From positions 609 through 64,608 of the forward strand of contig JBNKPX010000004.1 in the NCBI GenBank assembly GCA_050295575.1: 64,000 nucleotides of DNA. The letters are read 5' to 3'. This document shows positions 17,355-26,390 of this stretch, piece by piece (position 1 is the first letter of the stretch; each line of letters opens with the position of its first letter). The translations under genes were made by a program, and so were the position numbers. The DNA comes from Gammaproteobacteria bacterium. GTDB lineage: Bacteria > Pseudomonadota > Gammaproteobacteria > GCA-001735895. Below the pieces are notes generated by a model that searched no databases, was not told the DNA's origin, and saw only the letters and a list, made by a program, of their open reading frames with translations.

Positions 17355-18599
17355 TTGTTTATTACCTTCAGGAAAATCTTTTTGAACACCTTAGTTAGTC
17401 AGAATCAACGCGTGCTTTCGGGTATGCGTCCTACCGGTTTATTACACCTTGGTCATTATCATGGTGTGCTCAAAAACTGGATTGAATTACAGCATAGCTA
17501 TGAATGCTTCTTTTTTGTTGCCGACTGGCATGCTTTAACTACGCATTACGAGAATCCTTCTAATATTGCACAAAGCAGTATCGATCTGGTTATCGACTGG
17601 CTGGCTGCTGGAGTAAACCCCGGAAGTGCGACAATTTTTATCCAGTCTCGGGTGCCTGAACACGCTGAATTGCATACCTTGTTGTCCATGATTACCCCGC
17701 TGGGCTGGCTGGAACGTGTACCCAGCTATAAAGATCAGCAGGATAGATTGAAGGATCGTGACCTGAGTACCTATGGTTTCCTTGGTTATCCATTATTGCA
17801 AAGTGCGGATATCCTGATGTACAAGGCTGGACATGTTCCCGTTGGTGAGGATCAGGTCGCGCATGTTGAATTAACCCGTGAAGTGGCGCGTCGCTTTAAT
17901 CATCTTTATGGTAAGGACGTTGATTTCGAAGAAAAGGCGCTTACCGCTATCAAAAAGATGGGTAAGAAGAATGCCAAAATCTACAACGATTTACTCAAGC
18001 GCTATCAGGAGCAGGGCGATGCATCTGCGTTGCCGGTAGGTCAGGCATTGCTGGATTCACAACAAAATATCAGTATTGGTGACCGTGAACGTCTATTGGG
18101 CTACCTGGAAGGTGGTGGTCGAATTATCCTGCCTGAGCCACAGTCCTTATTAACCAGGGCATCTAAAATGCCAGGGCTGGATGGACAGAAAATGTCCAAG
18201 TCCTATAACAATACCATTGCACTACGTGAGCCGCCTGAACAGATTGAAAAGAAGGTTAAAACCATGCCTACCGATCCAGCGCGTATACGTCGTACCGATG
18301 CGGGTAACCCTGAAAAATGTCCTGTCTGGGAGTTGCATCAGGTTTATTCTTCTGAAGATTTAAAGACATCAATTATTGAAGGTTGTACTACGGCAAATAT
18401 TGGTTGTATCGACTGTAAGCAGCATATCATCGATAGCATCAAGGCCGAGTTAATGCCTATCCAGCGGCGTGCGCAGGACTATCAGGAAGATATCGCCAGT
18501 GTAGAAAATATTATCAACGAGGGTTGTGAAGCTGCTCGTGATGTGGCGCGTGATACGATGGAAGAGGTTCGTAAATCAATGGGATTGACATTACGCTAA
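17355..18599 (+). CDS. trpS: Tryptophan--tRNA ligase
   Basis: RVLSGMRPTGLLHLGHYHG (HIGH region) and KMSKS. The start is uncertain: the track uses the TTG at 17355, and an alternative TTG lies at 17382. Confidence 0.9.
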   Translation: MFITFRKIFLNTLVSQNQRVLSGMRPTGLLHLGHYHGVLKNWIELQHSYECFFFVADWHALTTHYENPSNIAQSSIDLVIDWLAAGVNPGSATIFIQSRVPEHAELHTLLSMITPLGWLERVPSYKDQQDRLKDRDLSTYGFLGYPLLQSADILMYKAGHVPVGEDQVAHVELTREVARRFNHLYGKDVDFEEKALTAIKKMGKKNAKIYNDLLKRYQEQGDASALPVGQALLDSQQNISIGDRERLLGYLEGGGRIILPEPQSLLTRASKMPGLDGQKMSKSYNNTIALREPPEQIEKKVKTMPTDPARIRRTDAGNPEKCPVWELHQVYSSEDLKTSIIEGCTTANIGCIDCKQHIIDSIKAELMPIQRRAQDYQEDIASVENIINEGCEAARDVARDTMEEVRKSMGLTLR

Positions 18600-18633
18600 C
18601 CAGCGTAATCATCAAAACAGCCAGCAGGAAAAT

Positions 18634-19440
18634 ATGAGCGATTTATTTCAGGAAAATCAGTCCAATCAATCCGAGATGCCCTTCGCTCTGATTCAGGGTG
18701 AGCCATTGACGATGATCCCGCAGGATCTGTACATTCCACCAGATGCGCTGCAGATTTTTCTGGAAGCTTTTGAAGGCCCGCTGGACTTGCTGTTATATCT
18801 GATCAAGCGACAGAATATCGATATCCTGAATATTCCAATTGCTGATATTACCAAACAGTATATGCAGTATATTGATTTAATGGAAAATCTTGAGCTTGAG
18901 CTGGCTGCTGAGTATCTGGTGATGGCTTCCATGCTGGCTGAGATAAAATCACGTATGCTATTGCCTCGGCCTCCCAGTGACGATGACGAAGATGATCCGC
19001 GTGCCGAATTGATCCGTCGTTTACAGGAGTACGAACAGTTTAAAAAAGCGGCAGAAGATCTGGATGCCTTACCGCGTGAAGAGCGTGATATCTTTATGCC
19101 ACAACCAGAAAAGCCCGAGATGAGCAGTGAGATTCCCTTGCCAGATGTATCTATCAAGGATTTGCTGGCTGCATTTCGAGATGTGGTCAACCGTGCTGAG
19201 CAGTTTGCCAGTCATCATATTGAACGCGAGCCTTTATCCGTACGTGAGCGTATGACGATAGTTTTAGGCCGTTTAAGATCGAGTGGATATACTGAGTTCA
19301 AGGATTTTTTTGATGTAGAAGAAGGGCGCATGGGTGTCGTGGTTAGTTTTCTGGCAATTTTAGAACTGGTTAAGGAATCAATGATCGACCTGGTTCAGAA
19401 TGAACCCTATGCCCCTATCTATGTTAGAGCTAGAGCCTGA
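18634..19440 (+). CDS. scpA: Segregation and condensation protein A
   Basis: FEGPLDLLLYLIKRQNIDILNIPIADIT is the ScpA signature. Confidence 0.9.
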   Translation: MSDLFQENQSNQSEMPFALIQGEPLTMIPQDLYIPPDALQIFLEAFEGPLDLLLYLIKRQNIDILNIPIADITKQYMQYIDLMENLELELAAEYLVMASMLAEIKSRMLLPRPPSDDDEDDPRAELIRRLQEYEQFKKAAEDLDALPREERDIFMPQPEKPEMSSEIPLPDVSIKDLLAAFRDVVNRAEQFASHHIEREPLSVRERMTIVLGRLRSSGYTEFKDFFDVEEGRMGVVVSFLAILELVKESMIDLVQNEPYAPIYVRARA

Positions 19441-19471
19441 TAAATAACACATTGAAAAATCAAACATAAGC

Positions 19472-20326
19472 ATGACCCCTGAAAAATTAAAACCCATCAT
19501 AGAAGCGATACTGGGTGCCGCTGATCATCCTTTAACTGTTGAACAATTGTTTAATCTGTTTCATGGTGATATTGAGCAACCGGGCAAGGATGAAATCCGG
19601 CAGGTTTTACATGAACTGGTGGATGAATATCAGACACGAGGTCTGCAGATTAAACAGGTTGCCAGTGGTTTTCGCTTTCAGGCTAACTCGGATTACTCTG
19701 TGTGGATTTCTCGTCTATGGGAGCAGAAGCCGCCACGTTATTCCCGAGCTTTGCTAGAGACACTGGCCCTGATCGCTTACCGTCAGCCGATTACTCGTGG
19801 CGAGATTGAATCCATTCGCGGGGTGAGTGTGAGCTCGAATATCATAAAAACCCTGCAGGAGCGTGAATGGGTAAAAACGCTAGGACATAAAGACGTACCA
19901 GGTAAGCCCAGCCTGTATGGAACTACCAATACCTTCCTGGATTACTTCAACCTTAAATCTTTAAATGAGTTGCCCACGCTTTCAGAGCTAAAGGATCTGG
20001 ATAGTTTTCATCCTGAGCTGGCCTTTAATGAAGATAATGAGGCTTCAAGTGAACCGGGTGAAGAAGTTGAAACCGAAGCTGAAACCCTGATCGAAACAGA
20101 AGCCGAAACAGAAGCTGAAACAGAAGCTGAAACAGAAGCTGAAACAGAAGCTGAAACAGAAGCTGAAACAGAAGCTGAAACAGAGACCGAAACAGAAGCC
20201 GAAACAGAAGCCGAAACAGAAGCCGAAGCAGGGGCTGAGACAGAAGCCGAGATAAACCCGCTAGTGGATGGTGAAGATAAAAATGAAAATGATGCTATCC
20301 TGAAAGATGACCAGACAGCGCTATGA
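19472..20326 (+). CDS. scpB: Segregation and condensation protein B with a C-terminal acidic (ETEA)n tail
   Basis: IIEAILGAADHPLTVEQL and AYRQPITRGEIESIRGV are ScpB winged-helix motifs. The C-terminus is a run of ETEA repeats. Confidence 0.9.
   Translation: MTPEKLKPIIEAILGAADHPLTVEQLFNLFHGDIEQPGKDEIRQVLHELVDEYQTRGLQIKQVASGFRFQANSDYSVWISRLWEQKPPRYSRALLETLALIAYRQPITRGEIESIRGVSVSSNIIKTLQEREWVKTLGHKDVPGKPSLYGTTNTFLDYFNLKSLNELPTLSELKDLDSFHPELAFNEDNEASSEPGEEVETEAETLIETEAETEAETEAETEAETEAETEAETEAETETETEAETEAETEAEAGAETEAEINPLVDGEDKNENDAILKDDQTAL
20069..20251 (+). repeat. In-frame 12-bp tandem repeat (gaaacagaagcy, about 15 copies) encoding ETEA
   Basis: Read directly from the sequence: near-identical 12-mers with synonymous c/t and a/c variation. 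Confidence 0.9.
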
Positions 20327-21306
20327 TCAAACTCTCACACCTTGTGCGCCTGTTTTTACTGCTTTCCATTACAGCCTTTACCGGCTGTAGTGATAAGGGC
20401 AAGGAGTTAAAACACTGGTTGCACGAAGATACCGGATCATACGGAGCTGTTATCAGTGATGACAGTCGTTATCTGTTAACCGGCTCCATAGGCGGTTATG
20501 GACGCGTATGGGATGTGGATCAGGGCAAGGTGCTGTACAGCGTGCAGCATCAAGACAATGATGAAGGCGGTATTATCGCTGCTGATTTCTCAGCGGATAG
20601 TCAATACCTGGTCACTATCGAACAACAATCCATAGCGCGCTGGCGTGTATCTAACGGAAAACTGATGGGGTACTGGTCGTGGCCAGATCTGCGAGATGTC
20701 GCGATATCGGCTAATGGCCGTTATGCTCTGATCGCTATGAAAGCCAATCAGGCGATCTACTTTGATATGCAACAGGGTAAGATGGTGTATGTATTCCCAC
20801 ACCATGAAAAGGTTAACTCGGTTGCTCTTTCTCGCGATGGACGTTTTGCTTTGACAGGTTCCGACGACTGGCATGCTAGTCTGTGGGACCTCAAAACGGG
20901 TAAGCATATCTGGGCCAGGAATATGCAATACAAGATTGCTCATGTCGAATTATCCGATGACGGTAACATGGCTTTTGCGAATGCTTTTGTGGGGCAGGCA
21001 AGAATCTATGCGACGAATAAAGAAGGGGCACTGCTCAGTGAGCTGGATATTAAATCGCGTGGCATGACGGTTGTATCTGCAGATTTTTCTGATGATGGTA
21101 GTCTGCTCGCGACGGGCAGGGCATCTAAAGGTATTGATATCTGGAATATTAAAACCGGCAAGCTCCTGAAAACCTGGTTACCCGAGGTTAAGCACCTGGT
21201 GCAGCCAGACTCCGCCACTATTCTTGACTTGAAGATCAGTGCCGATAATACACAATTACTATCAGAATCGTCCGCCGGAATCGGTCAGCTCTGGTCTTTA
21301 AAATAA
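20323..21306 (+). CDS. WD40-like beta-propeller lipoprotein
   Basis: Lipobox LSITAFTGC. WD-like units GRVWDVDQGK, ASLWDLKTGK and IDIWNIKTGK. The start overlaps the scpB stop (ATGA). Confidence 0.8.
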   Translation: MIKLSHLVRLFLLLSITAFTGCSDKGKELKHWLHEDTGSYGAVISDDSRYLLTGSIGGYGRVWDVDQGKVLYSVQHQDNDEGGIIAADFSADSQYLVTIEQQSIARWRVSNGKLMGYWSWPDLRDVAISANGRYALIAMKANQAIYFDMQQGKMVYVFPHHEKVNSVALSRDGRFALTGSDDWHASLWDLKTGKHIWARNMQYKIAHVELSDDGNMAFANAFVGQARIYATNKEGALLSELDIKSRGMTVVSADFSDDGSLLATGRASKGIDIWNIKTGKLLKTWLPEVKHLVQPDSATILDLKISADNTQLLSESSAGIGQLWSLK

Positions 21307-21319
21307 TCTCTGGTAAAGC

Positions 21320-22105
21320 ATGCAACGTATTCAAAAATTACTCGCCCATAATGGTGTTGGCTCTCGCCGTGAAATTGATCGATTTCTGCAGGAAGGCCGT
21401 ATCAAGGTAAATGGTAAGCTGGCAAAGCCTGGCGATCAGATCAGTGGTGGAGAGAAGATTACTCTGGATGACAAGCCGGTACGACTATCCCGGCATGAAA
21501 TCAAGCCAAAGATATTGATGTACCATAAACCCATCGGATTAGTGTGCACACGCTCGGATCCGGAAGGACGGCCAGATGTTTACAGCGATCTGCCCAGACT
21601 ACAGCAGGGGAGGTGGATTGGAATTGGTCGTCTGGATATCAATACCTCGGGATTGCTGTTGTTTACAAACCATGGTGAGCTGGCTAATCGCCTTATGCAT
21701 CCTTCATTTGAGCTGGAGCGTGAGTATGCGGCACGCGTACGCGGTCAGGTGACGGAAGATGCGCTTAAACTGCTCACCACTGGAATAGAATTGGACGATG
21801 GCCCTGCTAAATTTGATTCTGTCACTGATGGTGGTGGTGAGGGTACCAACCACTGGTATCACGTGGTGCTGCGTGAAGGACGTAACCGAGAGGTAAGACG
21901 CCTGTGGGAAGCGGTGGGTGTAGAGGTTAGTCGTCTGGTTCGAGTGCGCTACCATGAGTTTACCCTGCCCAAGTGGTTAAAACCTGGAAAAAGCCGCTTT
22001 CTTGAGGATACGACGGTTAAGAGACTGTTTGATTCTCTGCAGATAGATTACGATCATAAGGTTACTCAACACGACCTGAAACGTCGCCATGGTCGCAGGA
22101 AATAA
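21320..22105 (+). CDS. rluB: 23S rRNA pseudouridine synthase RluB
   Basis: S4 domain RIQKLLAHNGVGSRREID, catalytic GRLDINTSGLLLFTN, and a basic C-terminal tail. Confidence 0.85.
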   Translation: MQRIQKLLAHNGVGSRREIDRFLQEGRIKVNGKLAKPGDQISGGEKITLDDKPVRLSRHEIKPKILMYHKPIGLVCTRSDPEGRPDVYSDLPRLQQGRWIGIGRLDINTSGLLLFTNHGELANRLMHPSFELEREYAARVRGQVTEDALKLLTTGIELDDGPAKFDSVTDGGGEGTNHWYHVVLREGRNREVRRLWEAVGVEVSRLVRVRYHEFTLPKWLKPGKSRFLEDTTVKRLFDSLQIDYDHKVTQHDLKRRHGRRK

Positions 22106-22751
22106 TTCTTTTCAACAGGTTTATCTCAGACTTCATGAGCATTACGGGCATCAGCACTGGTGGCCTGCTGAGGATGAGTTTGAAATCATAATCGGTGCCA
22201 TCCTTACGCAAAACACCAACTGGAGCAATGTAGAAAAAGCGATCGATAATCTGAAGCAGCAGGGCTGTTGCAGTGCACATGCTCTGCTTGAACTGGAGCT
22301 GGAGCAACTCGCCCAGTTAATCCGTAGCTCTGGATATTTCAACCAGAAAGCTCGGCGTTTGAAAACTATTGCTGGCTGGTATCTGGAGCAGGGCGGCCTA
22401 AGCGGCTTAAGACAACTTGATCAGAGTGAATTAAGACGGCAATTACTCAGCCTGAATGGCGTGGGCGATGAAACTGCGGATGATATCTGCCTGTATGCCT
22501 TCAATCATCCTCTGTTTGTGATCGATGCCTATACCCGCAGACTATTCTCGCGCCTTTCTCTATTAAACTCCGAACATAGCTATAGCAGCTTGCAGCAGTT
22601 GTTCCACCAGCATTTACCGGCAGATGCGGCTTGCTATCAACAGTACCATGCGCTGATTGTCGAGCATGCGAAACAGCATTGTCGCAAGAAGCCGGTATGC
22701 GCTCTGTGCCCACTACAGGTATCATGCGAGTATGGTCAGTCGCTACACTAA
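22089..22751 (+). CDS. Endonuclease III-domain (HhH-GPD) protein with a C-terminal 4Fe-4S loop
   Basis: ILTQNTNW, the HhH-type LNGVGDETADDI, and the Cys cluster CRKKPVCALCPLQVSC. Confidence 0.8.
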   Translation: MVAGNNSFQQVYLRLHEHYGHQHWWPAEDEFEIIIGAILTQNTNWSNVEKAIDNLKQQGCCSAHALLELELEQLAQLIRSSGYFNQKARRLKTIAGWYLEQGGLSGLRQLDQSELRRQLLSLNGVGDETADDICLYAFNHPLFVIDAYTRRLFSRLSLLNSEHSYSSLQQLFHQHLPADAACYQQYHALIVEHAKQHCRKKPVCALCPLQVSCEYGQSLH

Positions 22752-23232
22752 AAAAACATCCACTCAAACGAGGAAAAAAGGCAAAAGTAGCCCGTTACAG
22801 GTATCCAGACTGTTTGGGAAGATTCTGCCTGATGGCTTCCAGGCCAAAACTGCCTTAATCAATCAATACCAGCATTTTTTCAATTCGCTAGATTCTGATG
22901 CGGTGTTTCAAATGGTAAGGGTGGTGAGTGTGGAAGCTAATATACTGACTGTTTCACTACCTTCAGCAGGGCTGGTGAATTATCTGCGCCTGCATACCCA
23001 GCAGATAAGTAGAGAAATTGAGCATCAATTTGGACAGTTGATGGCGTTGAAAATTATCTCTAGTCCAACAGGGGCTCAGAATGAAATGCCACGTCCTCGC
23101 TTAAAACCTGCGCCACATTTTTCTGCAGAGGTTAGCGATAAAATCAAGATATCAGCCAAAGGCATAGAGGATGATGAGCTAAAACAATCGTTGCTAAGAC
23201 TGGCCGATGCAATAAAGAAAAAGGATGGTTAA
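22732..23232 (+). CDS. DUF721 / DciA-like protein
   Basis: VVSVEANILTVSLPSAGLVNYLRLHTQQISREI resembles the DUF721 core. I chose the ATG at 22732. Recognition is from memory only. Confidence 0.45.
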   Translation: MVSRYTKKTSTQTRKKGKSSPLQVSRLFGKILPDGFQAKTALINQYQHFFNSLDSDAVFQMVRVVSVEANILTVSLPSAGLVNYLRLHTQQISREIEHQFGQLMALKIISSPTGAQNEMPRPRLKPAPHFSAEVSDKIKISAKGIEDDELKQSLLRLADAIKKKDG

Positions 23233-24317
23233 GTGTTTTTGCCGAGATAGGTGGTACGACGATCATTGTATATATCAGAATACAGATTGTTCTGAATGAT
23301 CTTGATCGCAGCCATGGCAGGGATGGCAAGGATGACCCCGATGGTACCAAACAGATTTCCAAAAATAATAATACCTACGATTGCGAGTACCGGGTGTAAA
23401 TCCACCGCATTGGCGATCACGGAGGGGATGACTACAACGTTATCCACTACCTGCGCCACAATTACTACGGCTATCGCCATATAAATCATTGCTGGGTCGA
23501 ATGGGGTTACTGCAGCGGCCACTATGGTGGCAAGAAACATTGAGATTAATGGGCCTATATAGGGAATCAGATTGAGTAGCCCCGTCAATGTGCCTAGTAA
23601 TACCGGCATATCCAGTCCGACAATAAAATAACCTGTCGTTGCTACCGCTGCCATGATGAAGGATTGAATCATGACTCCACGGGTATACAGGATGAGCTGA
23701 TGAGTTACTCGGTGGTAGATCAGCCAGCCCAGCTCAAAACTTGAATTAGGCAGCCAGTTGAGGGCTTTATTGCGTACCTGTTTAAAGTCCTTGAGGATGA
23801 AGTAGGTTAATAAAGGTACCAGAATGAGGCTAAGGGTAATGGCAAAAACCTGTTCTGATATTTTGAGCAGTAAATCATTACCCAATGATGATGACTGAGC
23901 AAGGATAGATACCACTATATCTGAAACATTAAATTCTATGCCTGTGATATCAGCGAATTTCTGACTGTACACATTTAACAGGCCTTCAAGGTGATTGAAG
24001 ATACCCGGCATTTTATTCTTCAGGAAGGCTGCCTGCTCCAGTAATTGGGGCAGAGCAAAACTAATGGCTAAAATACTGGCTGTTAGCATGAGGATCAGCA
24101 TGAAAATAATGGCGACTGAATGATTAATATTTTTGCGCACCAGATAATTGGTGAATGGCTTCAACAGTGCGTAGAGGGTAAAGGAAATAATGATAGGCAG
24201 TAATACGGATGAAAGTAGATAAAAGGCTGCTAGAACAATTCCTCCAATAACCGATAAAACTTTGAAGCTATCCAGATACGCCGAGCTGGCCTGATTGGTT
24301 TCAAGGTGATGTCCCAT
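23229..24317 (-). CDS. AI-2E family (PerM/YhhT-like) transporter
   Basis: Polytopic 362-aa protein with LLNLIPYIGPLIS and GVILAIPAMA, motifs typical of AI-2E permeases. Confidence 0.85.
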   Translation of the reverse strand: MGHHLETNQASSAYLDSFKVLSVIGGIVLAAFYLLSSVLLPIIISFTLYALLKPFTNYLVRKNINHSVAIIFMLILMLTASILAISFALPQLLEQAAFLKNKMPGIFNHLEGLLNVYSQKFADITGIEFNVSDIVVSILAQSSSLGNDLLLKISEQVFAITLSLILVPLLTYFILKDFKQVRNKALNWLPNSSFELGWLIYHRVTHQLILYTRGVMIQSFIMAAVATTGYFIVGLDMPVLLGTLTGLLNLIPYIGPLISMFLATIVAAAVTPFDPAMIYMAIAVVIVAQVVDNVVVIPSVIANAVDLHPVLAIVGIIIFGNLFGTIGVILAIPAMAAIKIIQNNLYSDIYNDRRTTYLGKNT

Positions 24318-24318
24318 G

Positions 24319-24810
24319 TTAGCGCCCAGCTTTATCGGCTAATAGCAGGTTAGCCTGATGTAGGCGCTGTGCCAGGGTAGAAGCAAGGTTTCTTAGAAAG
24401 ACCAACCCCAGATAATGCTCTACTTCAATCCATTCCTCGAGGTCCTGTTTCAAAAAAAATACCAGTCGGCAGTTTTTGGAGCAGACGGCATCGGCGGTCC
24501 GTTTGTCATTTTCAGCCAGTGCAATTTCACCAAAAAAGTCTCCCTGGTCGAGTACCGAAATTGGGGTGTCCAGTGCCATAATTTTTACCTGGCCTTCAAG
24601 AACCAGAACGACGCCAGCGCCCTGGTCACCTTCACGGAATACGATTTCATCCCGCTGATAGTTGCGGATATGCATGTTTTCGCTTAATGCGATAATGTGG
24701 CGCAGCGGGATATCCTTAAATAGCGGGGTATTGCTCCAGTAGTCTGCAATGGTGTTGATCTCGCTATCCTTTTGTTTGAACAGATTTGACCAGAAGAAAT
24801 TGTTCATCAA
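24319..24810 (-). CDS. Cyclic-nucleotide-binding domain protein
   Basis: The cNMP-binding beta-roll motifs GDQGAGVVLVLEGQV and GDFFGEIAL...RTADAV. Confidence 0.85.
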   Translation of the reverse strand: MMNNFFWSNLFKQKDSEINTIADYWSNTPLFKDIPLRHIIALSENMHIRNYQRDEIVFREGDQGAGVVLVLEGQVKIMALDTPISVLDQGDFFGEIALAENDKRTADAVCSKNCRLVFFLKQDLEEWIEVEHYLGLVFLRNLASTLAQRLHQANLLLADKAGR

Positions 24811-24890
24811 TATTTGCCGATTCTAAATAGCTAGCAGCATAGCAAAGCGTAAAACGGATTAACAATAAAGAAAGGGAAACAGGAGAATAA

Positions 24891-24927
24891 TTTTAAAGCT
24901 CACGAGTCAGTGTTAGTGACTCGTGAG
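24891..24927 (-). terminator. Hairpin downstream of tRNA-Asn
   Basis: 11-bp stem ctcacgagtca / tgactcgtgag, with a moderately T-rich tail on the minus strand. Confidence 0.5.
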
Positions 24928-24935
24928 TTTAGAGA

Positions 24936-25011
24936 TGGCTCCCCGGCCCGGGCTCGAACCAGGGACCCAATGATTAACAGTCATTTGCTCTACCAACTGA
25001 GCTACCGGGGA
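24936..25011 (-). tRNA. tRNA-Asn (GTT)
   Basis: Hand-folded cloverleaf: acceptor TCCCCGG/CCGGGGA, anticodon loop CTGTTAA, T arm CCTGG-TTCGAGC-CCGGG, encoded CCA. Confidence 0.95.
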
Positions 25012-25058
25012 ATTGCGGAGCGTATGGTAATGGAAAAGAAACCAATCAGCAATAGTAT

Positions 25059-26252
25059 TTAAATGTTTTTTTCAAAAACTTTTCCAATCCTTTGCAATGC
25101 CCTTTCAAGGTTCTGCATTGAGGTTGCAAAAGATAGTCTCATATAGCCTGGAGCGCCAAATGCTGAGCCCGGCACCACGGCAATACCTGCCGTGTCCAGT
25201 AGATGATTCGCTACAGCTACATCGTCCGCCAAATCAGGACGGCTATCGATAAATGATTGAATATTAGCAAAGCTGTAAAAGGTGCCATCAGAAGGTATAC
25301 ATTGAATATGAGCAATGGAGTTTAGCGTCTGCACCACATAATCATGACGCTGTTTGAAAGCAGCAAGCATATCCACAATGCAGTGTTGATCACCATTTAA
25401 AGCAGCTACGGCAGCGGCCTGGGAGATAGAGGCTGGATTTGAGGTGCTTTGCGACTGAATTTTTTTCATCGCCCGGATGATATCAACGGGTCCTGCTGCA
25501 TACCCTATACGCCATCCTGTCATAGAGTAGGCTTTGGATACGCCATTGAGTACCATGCAGCGATCATATAAGTCCGCATTTGCATTTAGAATATTGCTGA
25601 AGCCTTCATTATTCCAGATGATATGCTCGTACATATCGTCGCTAGCTATCAGGATTTCGGGGTGCTGGATTAATACGTCGGCAATGTCCTTTAATTCTTT
25701 GCGGGAATAGGCGATACCGGTGGGGTTGGAGGGGCTGTTAATAACCACTATACGGGTTTTAGGGGTGATAGCGGCCTGCAGTTTTTCGGCGCTCATTTTA
25801 AAACTTTCTGCTAACGTGGTTTCAACCACCACGGGTACTGCATCAGCCAGAAGTACCATGTCAGGATAAGAAACCCAGTAAGGGGCAGGGATGATGACTT
25901 CATCACCTTTATTCAGGTGTGCCTGACAAAGGTTGTAAAAGCTTTGCTTGCCGCCACTGGAAACCAGTATTTGCTCGGCTGTATAGTCGAGAACGTTGTC
26001 TCGTTTAAATTTATTAATAATCGCCTGTTTCAGTTCTGCTGTTCCATCAACGGCGGTATACTTGGTCTGGCCGTTATTAATGGCATCTATAGCTGCCTGT
26101 TTAATATGCTGCGGGGTATCGAAGTCGGGTTCGCCTGCGCCCAGCCCGATGACGTCACGTCCCTGAGCTCGAAGTTGACTGGCCAGGTTGGTCACTGCCA
26201 GGGTTGGGGAAGGTTTGATAGCATTGACACGGTCAGATAGTCGGTATTTCAA
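25059..26252 (-). CDS. PLP-dependent class I aminotransferase (aspartate/aromatic type)
   Basis: SKAYSMTGWRIGY (PLP lysine region), NPSNPTG, and 397 aa. Confidence 0.9.
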   Translation of the reverse strand: MKYRLSDRVNAIKPSPTLAVTNLASQLRAQGRDVIGLGAGEPDFDTPQHIKQAAIDAINNGQTKYTAVDGTAELKQAIINKFKRDNVLDYTAEQILVSSGGKQSFYNLCQAHLNKGDEVIIPAPYWVSYPDMVLLADAVPVVVETTLAESFKMSAEKLQAAITPKTRIVVINSPSNPTGIAYSRKELKDIADVLIQHPEILIASDDMYEHIIWNNEGFSNILNANADLYDRCMVLNGVSKAYSMTGWRIGYAAGPVDIIRAMKKIQSQSTSNPASISQAAAVAALNGDQHCIVDMLAAFKQRHDYVVQTLNSIAHIQCIPSDGTFYSFANIQSFIDSRPDLADDVAVANHLLDTAGIAVVPGSAFGAPGYMRLSFATSMQNLERALQRIGKVFEKNI

Positions 26253-26390
26253 ATCGAGAGCCCTTACTTTAATTAATCACGAAAGGCTTTAGCATACAGC
26301 CTGATTCAGGACTGATAAAGTGTTACCGTGAGCCTGGAAAGTTAAATTGTAATTGTGTTCGAATAAAATGAATGTGGAAGTTATTTCAGT

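Noticed and set aside
18693-19190. Long antisense ORFs inside scpA (18693-19190), the AAA-SPOR gene (62487-63050), zapE (58506-58916), ribD (46884-47252) and other genes.
   Set aside because: Each lies fully within a well-supported CDS on the opposite strand, has a Ser/Arg/Cys-rich shadow-frame composition and lacks start signals.
20069-20251. CRISPR array or non-coding VNTR at the 12-bp repeats. The same question applies to the 18/36-bp repeats at 63778-64000.
   Set aside because: There are no unique spacers. Both tracts are in frame within long ORFs (ScpB tail and PYG-repeat protein), and their variation is mostly synonymous.
26253-26390. LexA/SOS box upstream of uvrB.
   Set aside because: I scanned for CTGT-N8-ACAG-type palindromes and found no convincing match.
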